Of a DNA stretch of 64,000 bases, positions 36,843-45,122 are shown piece after piece. The notes beneath the pieces were generated by a model, which saw nothing but the letters and a program-made list of their open reading frames with translations, was not told the DNA's origin and searched no databases. This DNA comes from Rickettsiales bacterium (GTDB taxonomy: Bacteria > Pseudomonadota > Alphaproteobacteria > Rickettsiales > UBA1997): NCBI GenBank assembly GCA_018969185.1, contig JAGWYT010000002.1, forward strand, positions 20,703 to 84,702, read 5' to 3'. The translations under genes and the position numbers were made by a program. How positions within the stretch are numbered: position 1 is the first letter of the stretch; every line of letters starts with the position of its first letter.

Positions 36843-37275
36843 ACATAAGCAAAAAAGAATATACTTTGTGGGCACGATATTTGCTATTTCTGTGCTTGCA
36901 TTAGTTTTTATAATTCTAAATTTTCGTGATAATATAGTTTTCTTTTACTCGCCTTCTGAATTAAAAACTGTTGAAAATCTTGAAAAAACGAAAGGTAAGC
37001 AGATAAGAGTTGGTGGATTAGTTCTTGAAGGAAGCATTAAAAAAATTGATGCTTTAAATACGAGTTTTGTAGTAACAGATTTCGCGGAAGAGATTTTAAT
37101 AAATTATCATGGAGTCTTGCCAGATCTATTTCGCGAGAAACAAGGTGTGATTGCAAAAGGGAAATTTGATGTTGAAAAGAATGAATTTTTCTCAAGCGAG
37201 TTATTAGTGAAACACGATGAGAAATATATGCCGCCGGAAGTGGCTAAATCCTTAAAAGAGAAACATAATAAATAA
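36832..37275 (+). CDS. ccmE: Cytochrome c-type biogenesis heme chaperone CcmE
   Basis: N-terminal anchor, OB-fold and the heme-binding His in LLVKHDEKYMPPEV. Confidence 0.93.
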   Translation: MRNKHKQKRIYFVGTIFAISVLALVFIILNFRDNIVFFYSPSELKTVENLEKTKGKQIRVGGLVLEGSIKKIDALNTSFVVTDFAEEILINYHGVLPDLFREKQGVIAKGKFDVEKNEFFSSELLVKHDEKYMPPEVAKSLKEKHNK

Positions 37276-37291
37276 ATCTCATTTTATAAAC

Positions 37292-37403
37292 TGTCATCCT
37301 GAACCTTAGAATTTCTTCTAGAAATTCTTGGTGAAGGATCTCCCGCGTTTGATGAGATCCTTCGCAAACAGCCGCTAAAAGCGGCTGTAAACTCAGGATG
37401 ACA
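37292..37403. repeat. Palindromic element (family A)
   Basis: Termini TGTCATCCTGA and TCAGGATGACA. Internal modules are AGAATTTCTTCTAGAAATTCT, GAAGGATCTC...GAGATCCTTCGC and CAGCCGCTAAAAGCGGCTG. Confidence 0.8.
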
Positions 37404-37417
37404 TTTTTAACAAAATG

Positions 37418-38308
37418 TCATCTATTCAACTTAATTGAATATTTCTGGCTTAAATAATTTTCAACAGCTTGTCTTTCTTCATTTTTCAAAGATCTATCAT
37501 AAAATATCATTTCAGCAATATATCCACTAAAACCACTTCCTATTTCGAAATAATTCTCAACTGGAGCTCTACAAGGTAATTGTCCTGAAGGAAGTAAATT
37601 ATAGCCGTTAGCATATAATCTAAGTGGTGACCAATCTATGGTATTACTTGTATTGGTATAGGTGTAAGAGGCAATTTCTGGTTCTAATGTTAAGTTGGTG
37701 GCAGAGGATGTGGTGTTAACAGTATACATAACTGCGGTTCTGGTGCTACTGTTTATGTTATAGCCATATCCGCCGTTAGAAGATGCGCCATTGGTAAAAA
37801 GACTGCCATTGCTGCTTATACTATTTGGTTTTGAGACTATAAACCAAGTAGCATTACAATTCATTGTGTGGCGTATGAATGTGTAGTTAGCAGTTGATGT
37901 TGTAGTTGATAAGGTTAATTTGCCAGAGCCATTAAAATAAATTGCAGGAAGAGAATTGATTGGGCTTGATTCTTTGTAAGTTACTGCGCTTGATGCTGTT
38001 CTTATGGCATAATATCTTGGAGCAGGTCTTACATTATTGCTTATCCAACGATAAGCATTTGCTCCATCATTAATTTGATCAGAAGTAAAGCTTTGATCTA
38101 ATGAAGTTTCAAGCCATAGTACCAGATCTTTTATTCCCGTAACAGGAGAGCTGGTTGTAAGGTTTTGCGCAGTTTGCAACCTTGCTTTTCTTACCATCTC
38201 ATTTCCTTGAAAAACGCCAGCAATTAAAATTCCAACAACAAGTATTACAATTGACAATTCTATAAGAGAAAAAGCATTTATTTTGTTATTTGATTTTTTA
38301 TTCAGCAT
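37418..38308 (-). CDS. Prepilin-type N-terminal domain protein with a LamG-like C-terminal domain
   Basis: The N-terminus is KINAFSLIELSIVILVVGILIAG (class III signal plus Glu5). The C-terminus is GYIAEMIFYDRSLKNEERQAVENYLSQKY, the LamG-type tail motif. It is a paralog of 53373-54245 and 28570-29468. Confidence 0.8.
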   Translation of the reverse strand: MLNKKSNNKINAFSLIELSIVILVVGILIAGVFQGNEMVRKARLQTAQNLTTSSPVTGIKDLVLWLETSLDQSFTSDQINDGANAYRWISNNVRPAPRYYAIRTASSAVTYKESSPINSLPAIYFNGSGKLTLSTTTSTANYTFIRHTMNCNATWFIVSKPNSISSNGSLFTNGASSNGGYGYNINSSTRTAVMYTVNTTSSATNLTLEPEIASYTYTNTSNTIDWSPLRLYANGYNLLPSGQLPCRAPVENYFEIGSGFSGYIAEMIFYDRSLKNEERQAVENYLSQKYSIKLNR

Positions 38309-39017
38309 TTAATTTTGAGGTTGCTAATTCTATTTTATTTTCAAGTTGCAATAAAAATTCTTGTTTAGCAAGCCCCGGTGAAATTGGGTCTAAAAGTTCT
38401 AATACTATGGTTCCTTTTTTCTTACTTCCTTTTTTAGGCCAAAAAACTCCGGAATTTAATGCCGCGGGAACAACTTTCACGTTGCAAGCAAGATAAAGTG
38501 CGGCAATGCCGGACTGATAAGGATAGTCTTTAGTGCTTGCATTAATTGGAGTTCTGGTTCCTTGTGGAAAAATAACAATATTTTGTCCCTTCGCTAAATA
38601 TTCTTTAGTTTGTTTTATTAAGCTTTTTAAGGCGCTGGCTCCTCCTTTGCGATCAACTTTTATTCCACTCATAATTTTTATATACCAACCATAAAAGGGA
38701 ATTTTTAATAATTCTTTTTTATAGGCATAAACAGGGCGTTTCATCACCAGATGCATAACAATTGTTTCCCACATAGATTGGTGTTTGCAAGCTATGATAT
38801 ATGGTTCCTTAGGTAATTTGTCTAAACCTAAAACTTTATGATCAATGCCACATAATTTCTTTAACATCCATAAAGAAAATTCGGCCCAGACCTTAGCACC
38901 GTGATCAGCAGTTTTGGAGTTTCTAGTGATAAAAATGAAAGAATAAAGAATTGGGATTATTGCGCCCCAAAGGCAAATAAAAATCGTGAAAATGGCTGAC
39001 TTAAGGCTATTTAACAA
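38298..39017 (-). CDS. plsC: 1-acyl-sn-glycerol-3-phosphate acyltransferase
   Basis: The KHQSMWE block and FPQGTR block of the lysophospholipid acyltransferase family. Confidence 0.8.
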   Translation of the reverse strand: MLNSLKSAIFTIFICLWGAIIPILYSFIFITRNSKTADHGAKVWAEFSLWMLKKLCGIDHKVLGLDKLPKEPYIIACKHQSMWETIVMHLVMKRPVYAYKKELLKIPFYGWYIKIMSGIKVDRKGGASALKSLIKQTKEYLAKGQNIVIFPQGTRTPINASTKDYPYQSGIAALYLACNVKVVPAALNSGVFWPKKGSKKKGTIVLELLDPISPGLAKQEFLLQLENKIELATSKLNAE

Positions 39018-39032
39018 GAGTTTTATAGATTT

Positions 39033-39107
39033 ATGATATGAATGGTGCCGAATGTCGGATTCGAACTGACGACCTACTGTTTACAAGACAGTTGCTCTAC
39101 CCCTGAG
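39033..39107 (-). tRNA. tRNA-Thr (UGU)
   Basis: Reverse complement is GCCGAATTAGCTCAGGGGTAGAGCAACTGTCTTGTAAACAGTAGGTCGTCAGTTCGAATCCGACATTCGGCACCA. The anticodon loop is CTTGTAA. There is one A-C mismatch in the T stem. Confidence 0.85.
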
Positions 39108-39251
39108 CTAATTCGGCAAAAAATAAGAGGACGTGATTATTCTCAGCAAAAAAGAAAAATCAAGAGGAAAACTCATATAAAAATAAAAGCCAGATCAACA
39201 ATGTGATCTGGCTTCTAAAAAAAGTTAAATCTATTGATTTAACTTTTTAAA

Positions 39252-39590
39252 TTAGTTAGCAGCTTTAGGAGCAGCAGCTTTAACTTCAGCTTTAGCAGCT
39301 GGAGCAGCAGCTACAGGAGCAGCAGCTTTTTCTTCAGCTTTAACTTCAACAGCTTTTTTAGCTTTTCTAGCTTTTTTAACAACAGCTTTAGTTTCAGCTT
39401 TAGCTTCAGTTGTAGCAGCTACAGGAGCAGCAGCTTTAACTTCAGCTTTAGCAGGAGCAGCTACAGGAGCAACAGCTTTAACTTCAGCTTTAGCAGGAGC
39501 AGCAGCCACAGGAGCAGCAGCTTTAACTTCAGCAGCATTAGCATTAGCAGCGAATAAAATCGCAGCAAGAACTAGTGATAACTTTTTCAT
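39252..39590 (-). CDS. Secreted Ala/Lys/Val-rich tandem-repeat protein
   Basis: Signal peptide ending ANA, then repeated AEVKAAAPVAA(A)PAK units and a basic KKARKAKKA core. The underlying DNA is an imperfect tandem repeat that is visibly more GC-rich than its surroundings. Confidence 0.6.
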   Translation of the reverse strand: MKKLSLVLAAILFAANANAAEVKAAAPVAAAPAKAEVKAVAPVAAPAKAEVKAAAPVAATTEAKAETKAVVKKARKAKKAVEVKAEEKAAAPVAAAPAAKAEVKAAAPKAAN

Positions 39591-39758
39591 TTTTTCAACA
39601 AATTGAATTTAATAACAAGGTGACAATCATTTCTGATTGGTCTTTCTAACGATATCTGGTTTGTTAGTTTTTAATCCTACAACTACAGGCATCTTAAGAG
39701 AGGCGAGAGTAGAATAGAAGTCTCTTTTTGTTTGTCAAATGGAGATTTAAATAATTTC

Positions 39759-41183
39759 TTAGAAATGGATAACTTTTCCATAAGCATCTAAAACTGCCTC
39801 ATGCATCATTTCTGACATTGTTGGATGGGCAAAAATTGTATGCATTAAGTCTTCTTCAGTTAATTCAGCCTGTTTAGCAATAACATAGCCTTGAATCATT
39901 TCTGTAACTTCAGCACCAATTAAATGAGCTCCTAAAAGTTCTCCTGTTTTTTCATCAAAAATTACTTTGATTAAACCTTCAGTTTCGCCCATAGCAATTG
40001 CTTTGCCGTTCGCCATATAAGGGAAACGACCAACTTTAATTTTCTTGCCAGCTGCCAAAGCTTTCTTTTCAGTTAAGCCAATTGAAGCAATTTGCGGCAT
40101 TGAATATGTGCATCCTGGAATATTTTCAACTTTGATTGGATGAATTTTTTTAGCATCATATTTATTCATTTTGCTTGCGATTTTTTCTGCCGCAATCACA
40201 CCTTCGTGAGAAGCTTTGTGTGCAAGCCAAGGCGCGCCAACAACATCACCAATTGCAAAAATATTAGATTCAGCAGTTTCTAAATAACCATTTGCAACAA
40301 TTCTTCCTTTGTCTTGTTTAATTTTGGTTTTTTCAAGTCCAATATTTTCAATATTAGCAACAATTCCAACTGCCATAATAACTTTTTCAGATGTGATTTC
40401 TTCAACCTTACCATTAACTTCAATTGAGGCAGTAACTGAGCCTTTGCCTTTTTTAAGTGATTTTAAAGCAGCAGAAGTAATTACTTTAATGCCTTGTTTT
40501 TCAAAGGATTTGCGAGCCAATTTAGAAATTTCCTCATCTTCAACTGGTAAAATATTTTCTGCCATTTCAACTAAAGTAACTTCTGCGCCCATATTTCTGT
40601 AAAATGAAGCAAATTCTGAACCAATTGCACCAGAACCAACAACAAGTAAAGATTTTGGTAAAGCTTTTGGTGTCATAGCTTCACGATATGTCCAAATAGA
40701 CTCACCATCTGGTTCCATTCCTGGAATAACACGTGCTCTCGCACCAGTTGCAATAATGAAATAAGTTGCTTCGATTTGAGTGGTTTCTTTATTATCTTTG
40801 CTAACAGATATTTTCTTTGAATCTAAAAACTTTGCAAAACCATCAACAACTTCAATTTTATTTTTCTTCATAAGTCCTGCAATGCCAGAGCTTAAGCGTT
40901 TTGAAACAGCGCGTGATCTTTCAATAACTTTAGCGAAATCAAACTTAACTTCTTTAGCAGAAAATCCAAATTGATCAAGATTATGCAAAAGATGATTAAC
41001 TTCTGAAGATTTGAGTAATGCTTTTGTTGGAATACAACCCCAATTCAAGCAAATTCCACCTAAATGATTTGCTTCAACAATACCCACTTTAAGTCCAAGT
41101 TGCGCAGCTCTAATCGCTGCAACATATCCTCCAGGACCGGCACCAATTACACAAACATCAAATTTTTTTGTTTCAATAGTCAT
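39759..41183 (-). CDS. lpdA: Dihydrolipoyl dehydrogenase
   Basis: GAGPGGYVAAIRAAQLG, redox-active CLNWGCIPTK and C-terminal HAHPTMSE. Confidence 0.96.
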   Translation of the reverse strand: MTIETKKFDVCVIGAGPGGYVAAIRAAQLGLKVGIVEANHLGGICLNWGCIPTKALLKSSEVNHLLHNLDQFGFSAKEVKFDFAKVIERSRAVSKRLSSGIAGLMKKNKIEVVDGFAKFLDSKKISVSKDNKETTQIEATYFIIATGARARVIPGMEPDGESIWTYREAMTPKALPKSLLVVGSGAIGSEFASFYRNMGAEVTLVEMAENILPVEDEEISKLARKSFEKQGIKVITSAALKSLKKGKGSVTASIEVNGKVEEITSEKVIMAVGIVANIENIGLEKTKIKQDKGRIVANGYLETAESNIFAIGDVVGAPWLAHKASHEGVIAAEKIASKMNKYDAKKIHPIKVENIPGCTYSMPQIASIGLTEKKALAAGKKIKVGRFPYMANGKAIAMGETEGLIKVIFDEKTGELLGAHLIGAEVTEMIQGYVIAKQAELTEEDLMHTIFAHPTMSEMMHEAVLDAYGKVIHF

Positions 41184-41264
41184 AGTTTTCTCTAGAAATT
41201 TTTACAGAAGTGTTAAACAATAGGGAGTAAAACTATTTATCAGTTTAAAAACATCAACATTTTT

Positions 41265-42363
41265 ATGAGCGCAGAGATCGAAAATTTATTTAGTCAAATT
41301 GCAAATTCCCTAGATTTAATTGCGAGGTGTCTTTGAGCCAGAGCGCCTAAAAACAAGGCTTGATGAGCTTAATAAAAAATCAGAAGATCCAAATTTGTGG
41401 AATGATAAAACAGAAGCGCAAAAATTATTAAAAGAAAAATCTGTGGTTGAAGAAAAATTGCAGCAATTTTTAATTGTTGAAAATTCTTTAAAAGATAATC
41501 GTGAATATTTTGAATTAGCCAAGGAAGAGAGTGATGCGCAGTTAATTTCTGATATTGAAAAAAAACTTACAGATCTAAAAATTTTTAGCGACAATTTAGA
41601 AATTGAAAGTCTATTTTCTGGTGAAAATGACATTAATGATTGCTTCATTGACATAAATGCTGGAGCGGGTGGAACTGATTCATGTGATTTTGCGCAAATG
41701 TTACTTCGTATGTATGATCGTTTTGCGCAGAGACATAAATTTAAAAGTGAAATCATTGATATTTTAGATGGCGAAGAAGCGGGAATAAAATCGGCCACAC
41801 TCAGAATTAGCGGTAAATTTGCTTTTGGTTGGTTAAGATCAGAAATTGGTGTGCATCGTTTAGTGAGAATTTCGCCATTTAACGCTAATGACAAAAGACA
41901 AACCAGCTTTGCGTCAATTTGGGTCTATCCACAAATTGAAGATGAAATTGAAATTGCAGTTGAGGAAAAAGATTTGCGTGTTGACACTTTTCGTGCTTCT
42001 GGCGCTGGTGGACAGCATGTTAATAAAACTGATTCTGCAGTTAGAATTACGCATTTACCAACTAATATTGTGGTGCAATGTCAGTCTGATCGTTCACAAT
42101 TAAGAAATCGCGTAACAGCGATGAATATGCTAAAATCAAAGCTTTATGAGCTTGAACTTCGAAAAAGAAAAGAAGCACAAGCGTCAAAAGAATCAGTAAA
42201 AACGGATAATAGTTGGGGTCATCAAATTCGCTCTTATGTCTTGCATCCTTACCAAATGGTGAAAGACTTAAGAACAGGTTTTGAAACTGGCAATACAACT
42301 GCTGTTTTAGATGGCGAGTTAGATGGTTTTATTAAGTCGGTTTTAACCCAAATAAAAGATTAA
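41265..42363 (+). CDS. prfB: Peptide chain release factor 2, requiring a programmed +1 frameshift (join 41265..41333, 41335..42363)
   Basis: Frame 0 reads MSAEIENLFSQIANSLDLIARCL and then TGA, in the context GAGGTGTCTTTGAG (SD-like element plus CTT TGA). The +1 frame continues EPERLKTRL... and contains the SPF and GGQ motifs. Confidence 0.93.
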
Positions 42364-42365
42364 TC

Positions 42366-42815
42366 ATGCGTTGTCCATTTTGTGCGAATGTTGAAACTCA
42401 AGTAAAAGATAGCCGTATTTCTGATGATGGTGAATCAGTAAAAAGGCGAAGATATTGTTCTGCCTGTGATTCAAGATTTACAACCTTTGAGAGAGTTCAA
42501 CTGCGTGAAATTTTAGTGATTAAAAAAAATGGTGAGAAGAAAATTTTTGATCCAGAAAAGTTGAAAAAATCAATTGAGATGGCGGTTAGAAAAAGACCAG
42601 TTTCAGAATTACAAGTTGAAAAAATGGTGAATAATATTGTGCGTAAACTTGAGATGGAAAGTGAAACTGAAGTTGCATCTTCACAGATTGGTGAAATGGT
42701 GATGGAGGCGCTTGAAAAGCTTGATAAGGTTGCCTTTGTGCGCTTCGCATCGGTTTATAAAAACTTTGAAAAAGCTGATGATTTTCAGAAATTTATCAAG
42801 AAAATTGTAAAATAA
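42366..42815 (+). CDS. nrdR: Transcriptional repressor NrdR
   Basis: MRCPFC...zinc ribbon...CSACDSRFTTFE plus an ATP-cone domain. Confidence 0.95.
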   Translation: MRCPFCANVETQVKDSRISDDGESVKRRRYCSACDSRFTTFERVQLREILVIKKNGEKKIFDPEKLKKSIEMAVRKRPVSELQVEKMVNNIVRKLEMESETEVASSQIGEMVMEALEKLDKVAFVRFASVYKNFEKADDFQKFIKKIVK

Positions 42816-42828
42816 GAGTTGTCATCTT

Positions 42829-42910
42829 GAGCGAAGCGAAAGATCTCGTGCGTTTTATGAGATCCTTCGCCTAAATTTTCTAAAAGAAAATCTACGGCTC
42901 AGGATGACAA
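42829..42910. repeat. Palindromic element (family A)
   Basis: TTGTCATCTTGAGCGAAGCGAAAGATCTC ... GAGATCCTTCGCC ... CTCAGGATGACAA. Confidence 0.8.
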
Positions 42911-42937
42911 TTAGAAGAAATTTAAGATTAACAAAAC

Positions 42938-43825
42938 ATGATTAATAAAATTAGTATTTCTGAAGCTTTACAATTCTACGACGATAATGGTTTGAATGAA
43001 GTAATTTCTGATAAGTCGCAAAATTATTTTATACAAAAAGAAGTTGAGAAAGTGGTTGAAAAAAAAGAAATATCTTTTGTAAAGCCTGTATTTTCAACCT
43101 CTGATGCGCTTTCAGCTTTGGCAAAGAAAACACAAAATAATTCGGAAAATATAGATATGGCAAAAGTTGTAAATCAGCAAAATCAGGAAAATAAAGAAGC
43201 TTTTATTTCACTTAATGAAATTGTTGCTAAGGCAAAAAAAATGGCTGCTGCTGCTAAAAATTTGGCTGAATTACGAGTGGCAGTTGAAAGTTTTGATGGT
43301 TGTAATTTGAAGAAAATGGCAACTAATACTGTTTTTTGTGATGGAAATCCGAATTCAAAAGTAATGGTGATTGGCGAGGCTCCCGGAAATCATGAGGATT
43401 TGCAAGGAATTCCATTTTGTGGTGATTCAGGAAAAGTCTTAGATGCGATGTTTAAAGCAATTAACATGACGCGTGAAAAAAATTTCTACATTACTAATGT
43501 GATTTTTTGGAGACCACCTGGAAACCGTCGTCCAACAGAGGAAGAATTGGCAATTTGCAGACCTTTTGTTGAAAGGCATATTGAGCTGATAAATCCAGAA
43601 GTAATTGTTTTGGTTGGTGCAACCTCAATGTCGGCAATACTTGGTATGAATGATCCAATAAGTAGTATCAGAGGAAAATTTATGGATTTTTCACCAAAGT
43701 TTTTATCACGAACTATAAAAACTTTTGCGATATTTCATCCATCATATTTAATGCGTCAATCAGCGAAGAAGAAGCTGGCGTGGTTTGATATGCTTGCTTT
43801 AGAACAGTTTTTGAAAAATTTTTAA
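42938..43825 (+). CDS. Family 4 uracil-DNA glycosylase with an N-terminal extension
   Basis: GEAPGNHEDLQGIPFCGDSG and HPSYLMR motifs. Confidence 0.85.
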   Translation: MINKISISEALQFYDDNGLNEVISDKSQNYFIQKEVEKVVEKKEISFVKPVFSTSDALSALAKKTQNNSENIDMAKVVNQQNQENKEAFISLNEIVAKAKKMAAAAKNLAELRVAVESFDGCNLKKMATNTVFCDGNPNSKVMVIGEAPGNHEDLQGIPFCGDSGKVLDAMFKAINMTREKNFYITNVIFWRPPGNRRPTEEELAICRPFVERHIELINPEVIVLVGATSMSAILGMNDPISSIRGKFMDFSPKFLSRTIKTFAIFHPSYLMRQSAKKKLAWFDMLALEQFLKNF

Positions 43826-43837
43826 CTATAATAGTTT

Positions 43838-43915
43838 TTGCAGGAACAATCTTGCAGATCGTTCCTAATGTTTGATAAATAAACCTGAGGAACTGGCTAA
43901 AAGCAGTTCCTGCAA
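43838..43915. repeat. Palindromic element (family D)
   Basis: TTGCAGGAACAATCTTGCAGATCGTTCCTAATGTT ... GAGGAACTGGCTAAAAGCAGTTCCTGCAA. A related copy is at 54274-54371. Confidence 0.65.
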
Positions 43916-43941
43916 TTGATAAGAGAAAAGAAATTTTAAAC

Positions 43942-45063
43942 ATGAAAAAACAATCTTTATTGCCAATTGGATTTTATGATTTGCTTTTTGATGAAGCAGA
44001 AAAAAATCACAGAAATATTAATAGCGCTATAGATCTATTTTTGAAGAATGGATATAGATTATTCAAGGCTCCTTTGGTTGAATTTGAAGATAATTTCTTG
44101 CAACAGAAATCACAAAATTATTTTCGTACAGTTGATGTTTTTTCAGGAAAAAATTTGGTTTTTAGAAATGATATTACGCCGCAAATTTCAAGAATTTTAA
44201 ATAGTCGTTTGCAAGAAGAAAAATTGCCGTTAAAACTTTGTTATGTTGGTGATGTGCTTTGCGCAAAGAATGATGAGCTTTACAAAGATAGACAACAAAC
44301 CCAAGTGGGAGTTGAGATTATTGGCTGCGATGAAGAAAAATCAAATTTTGAAATTATCAAAATTTTGCTTGAGGCGATTACAATATTAAACAAAGAAAAT
44401 CAGCAACAAAAATTATTAATTGAATTTTCATTGCCAAATTTTTTAGAAATTTTCTTAGATGAAAATGAATTTGAAAATAAAGCTGAATTAAAAGAAGCGA
44501 TAATTGAAAAAAATATTTCTACTGTAAAAAAATTATCAAAAAAGAATAGTGATTTGATCAATAAAATCATGCTTTCAAACCATGATCTAAAAGATTTAGA
44601 AAAAGATATTTTTTCTTTAACAAAATCAGAAAAAATTGCGGCGGAAATTAATCGCGCCAAAAAGATTTTAGATTTTTTTGCAAAGAATTCTAGGGCCTGT
44701 CATCAAATTACGAATGATAGTAATCAGCTTTTTGCTTCATCTTGCGGCTCTTCTGGCGCATCTGACTTCGGTAAAATTTCTTCAGATGGTTGCACATCTG
44801 AAGAAATTTATACCTCGTCATCTGGCCAGAATAGCTTGCAACCTAAAGCAAAAAATTTGACGACAGGCCCTAGAGAAATTAAAATTTGTTTTGATCTTTT
44901 TGGAGAACATAAAGATTCATATCATAAGGACATTGCTTTTGACGTTTTTTCTGGTGATTTATCTTATCCAATTGCACGTGGTGGCAGATATAAAATCAAT
45001 GTTGATGGCAAAGAAGTGAATAGCGTTGGTGCTACGATTTATATGAATTTGTTGCGGAAGTGA
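43942..45063 (+). CDS. HisZ-like class II aaRS paralog (ATP phosphoribosyltransferase regulatory subunit-like), carrying an in-frame 62-codon insertion
   Basis: LLPIGFYDLLFDEAEK, LFKAPLVEFED, FRNDITPQISR and QTQVGVEIIG resemble the HisZ/HisS core motifs. Confidence 0.6.
   Translation: MKKQSLLPIGFYDLLFDEAEKNHRNINSAIDLFLKNGYRLFKAPLVEFEDNFLQQKSQNYFRTVDVFSGKNLVFRNDITPQISRILNSRLQEEKLPLKLCYVGDVLCAKNDELYKDRQQTQVGVEIIGCDEEKSNFEIIKILLEAITILNKENQQQKLLIEFSLPNFLEIFLDENEFENKAELKEAIIEKNISTVKKLSKKNSDLINKIMLSNHDLKDLEKDIFSLTKSEKIAAEINRAKKILDFFAKNSRACHQITNDSNQLFASSCGSSGASDFGKISSDGCTSEEIYTSSSGQNSLQPKAKNLTTGPREIKICFDLFGEHKDSYHKDIAFDVFSGDLSYPIARGGRYKINVDGKEVNSVGATIYMNLLRK
44689..44874. repeat. 186-nt palindromic element inserted in frame in the hisZ-like gene
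   Basis: 21-nt inverted termini TCTAGGGCCTGTCATCAAATT and AATTTGACGACAGGCCCTAGA, plus an internal palindrome AAATTTCTTCAGATG-GTTGCA-CATCTGAAGAAATTT. The length is 62 codons. It encodes a Ser/Gly/Cys-rich segment. Confidence 0.75.
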
Positions 45064-45122
45064 TGACTCTTTCGTTGTTTTCTTTTTGTGGTTTCGACTT
45101 CGCTCAACCGACAAAAAGAAAA

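Noticed and set aside
41316-41894. 192-aa minus-strand ORF
   Set aside because: It is fully antisense to the well-supported prfB gene and has a low-complexity, Ser/Leu-rich translation. It is a typical shadow ORF in AT-rich DNA.
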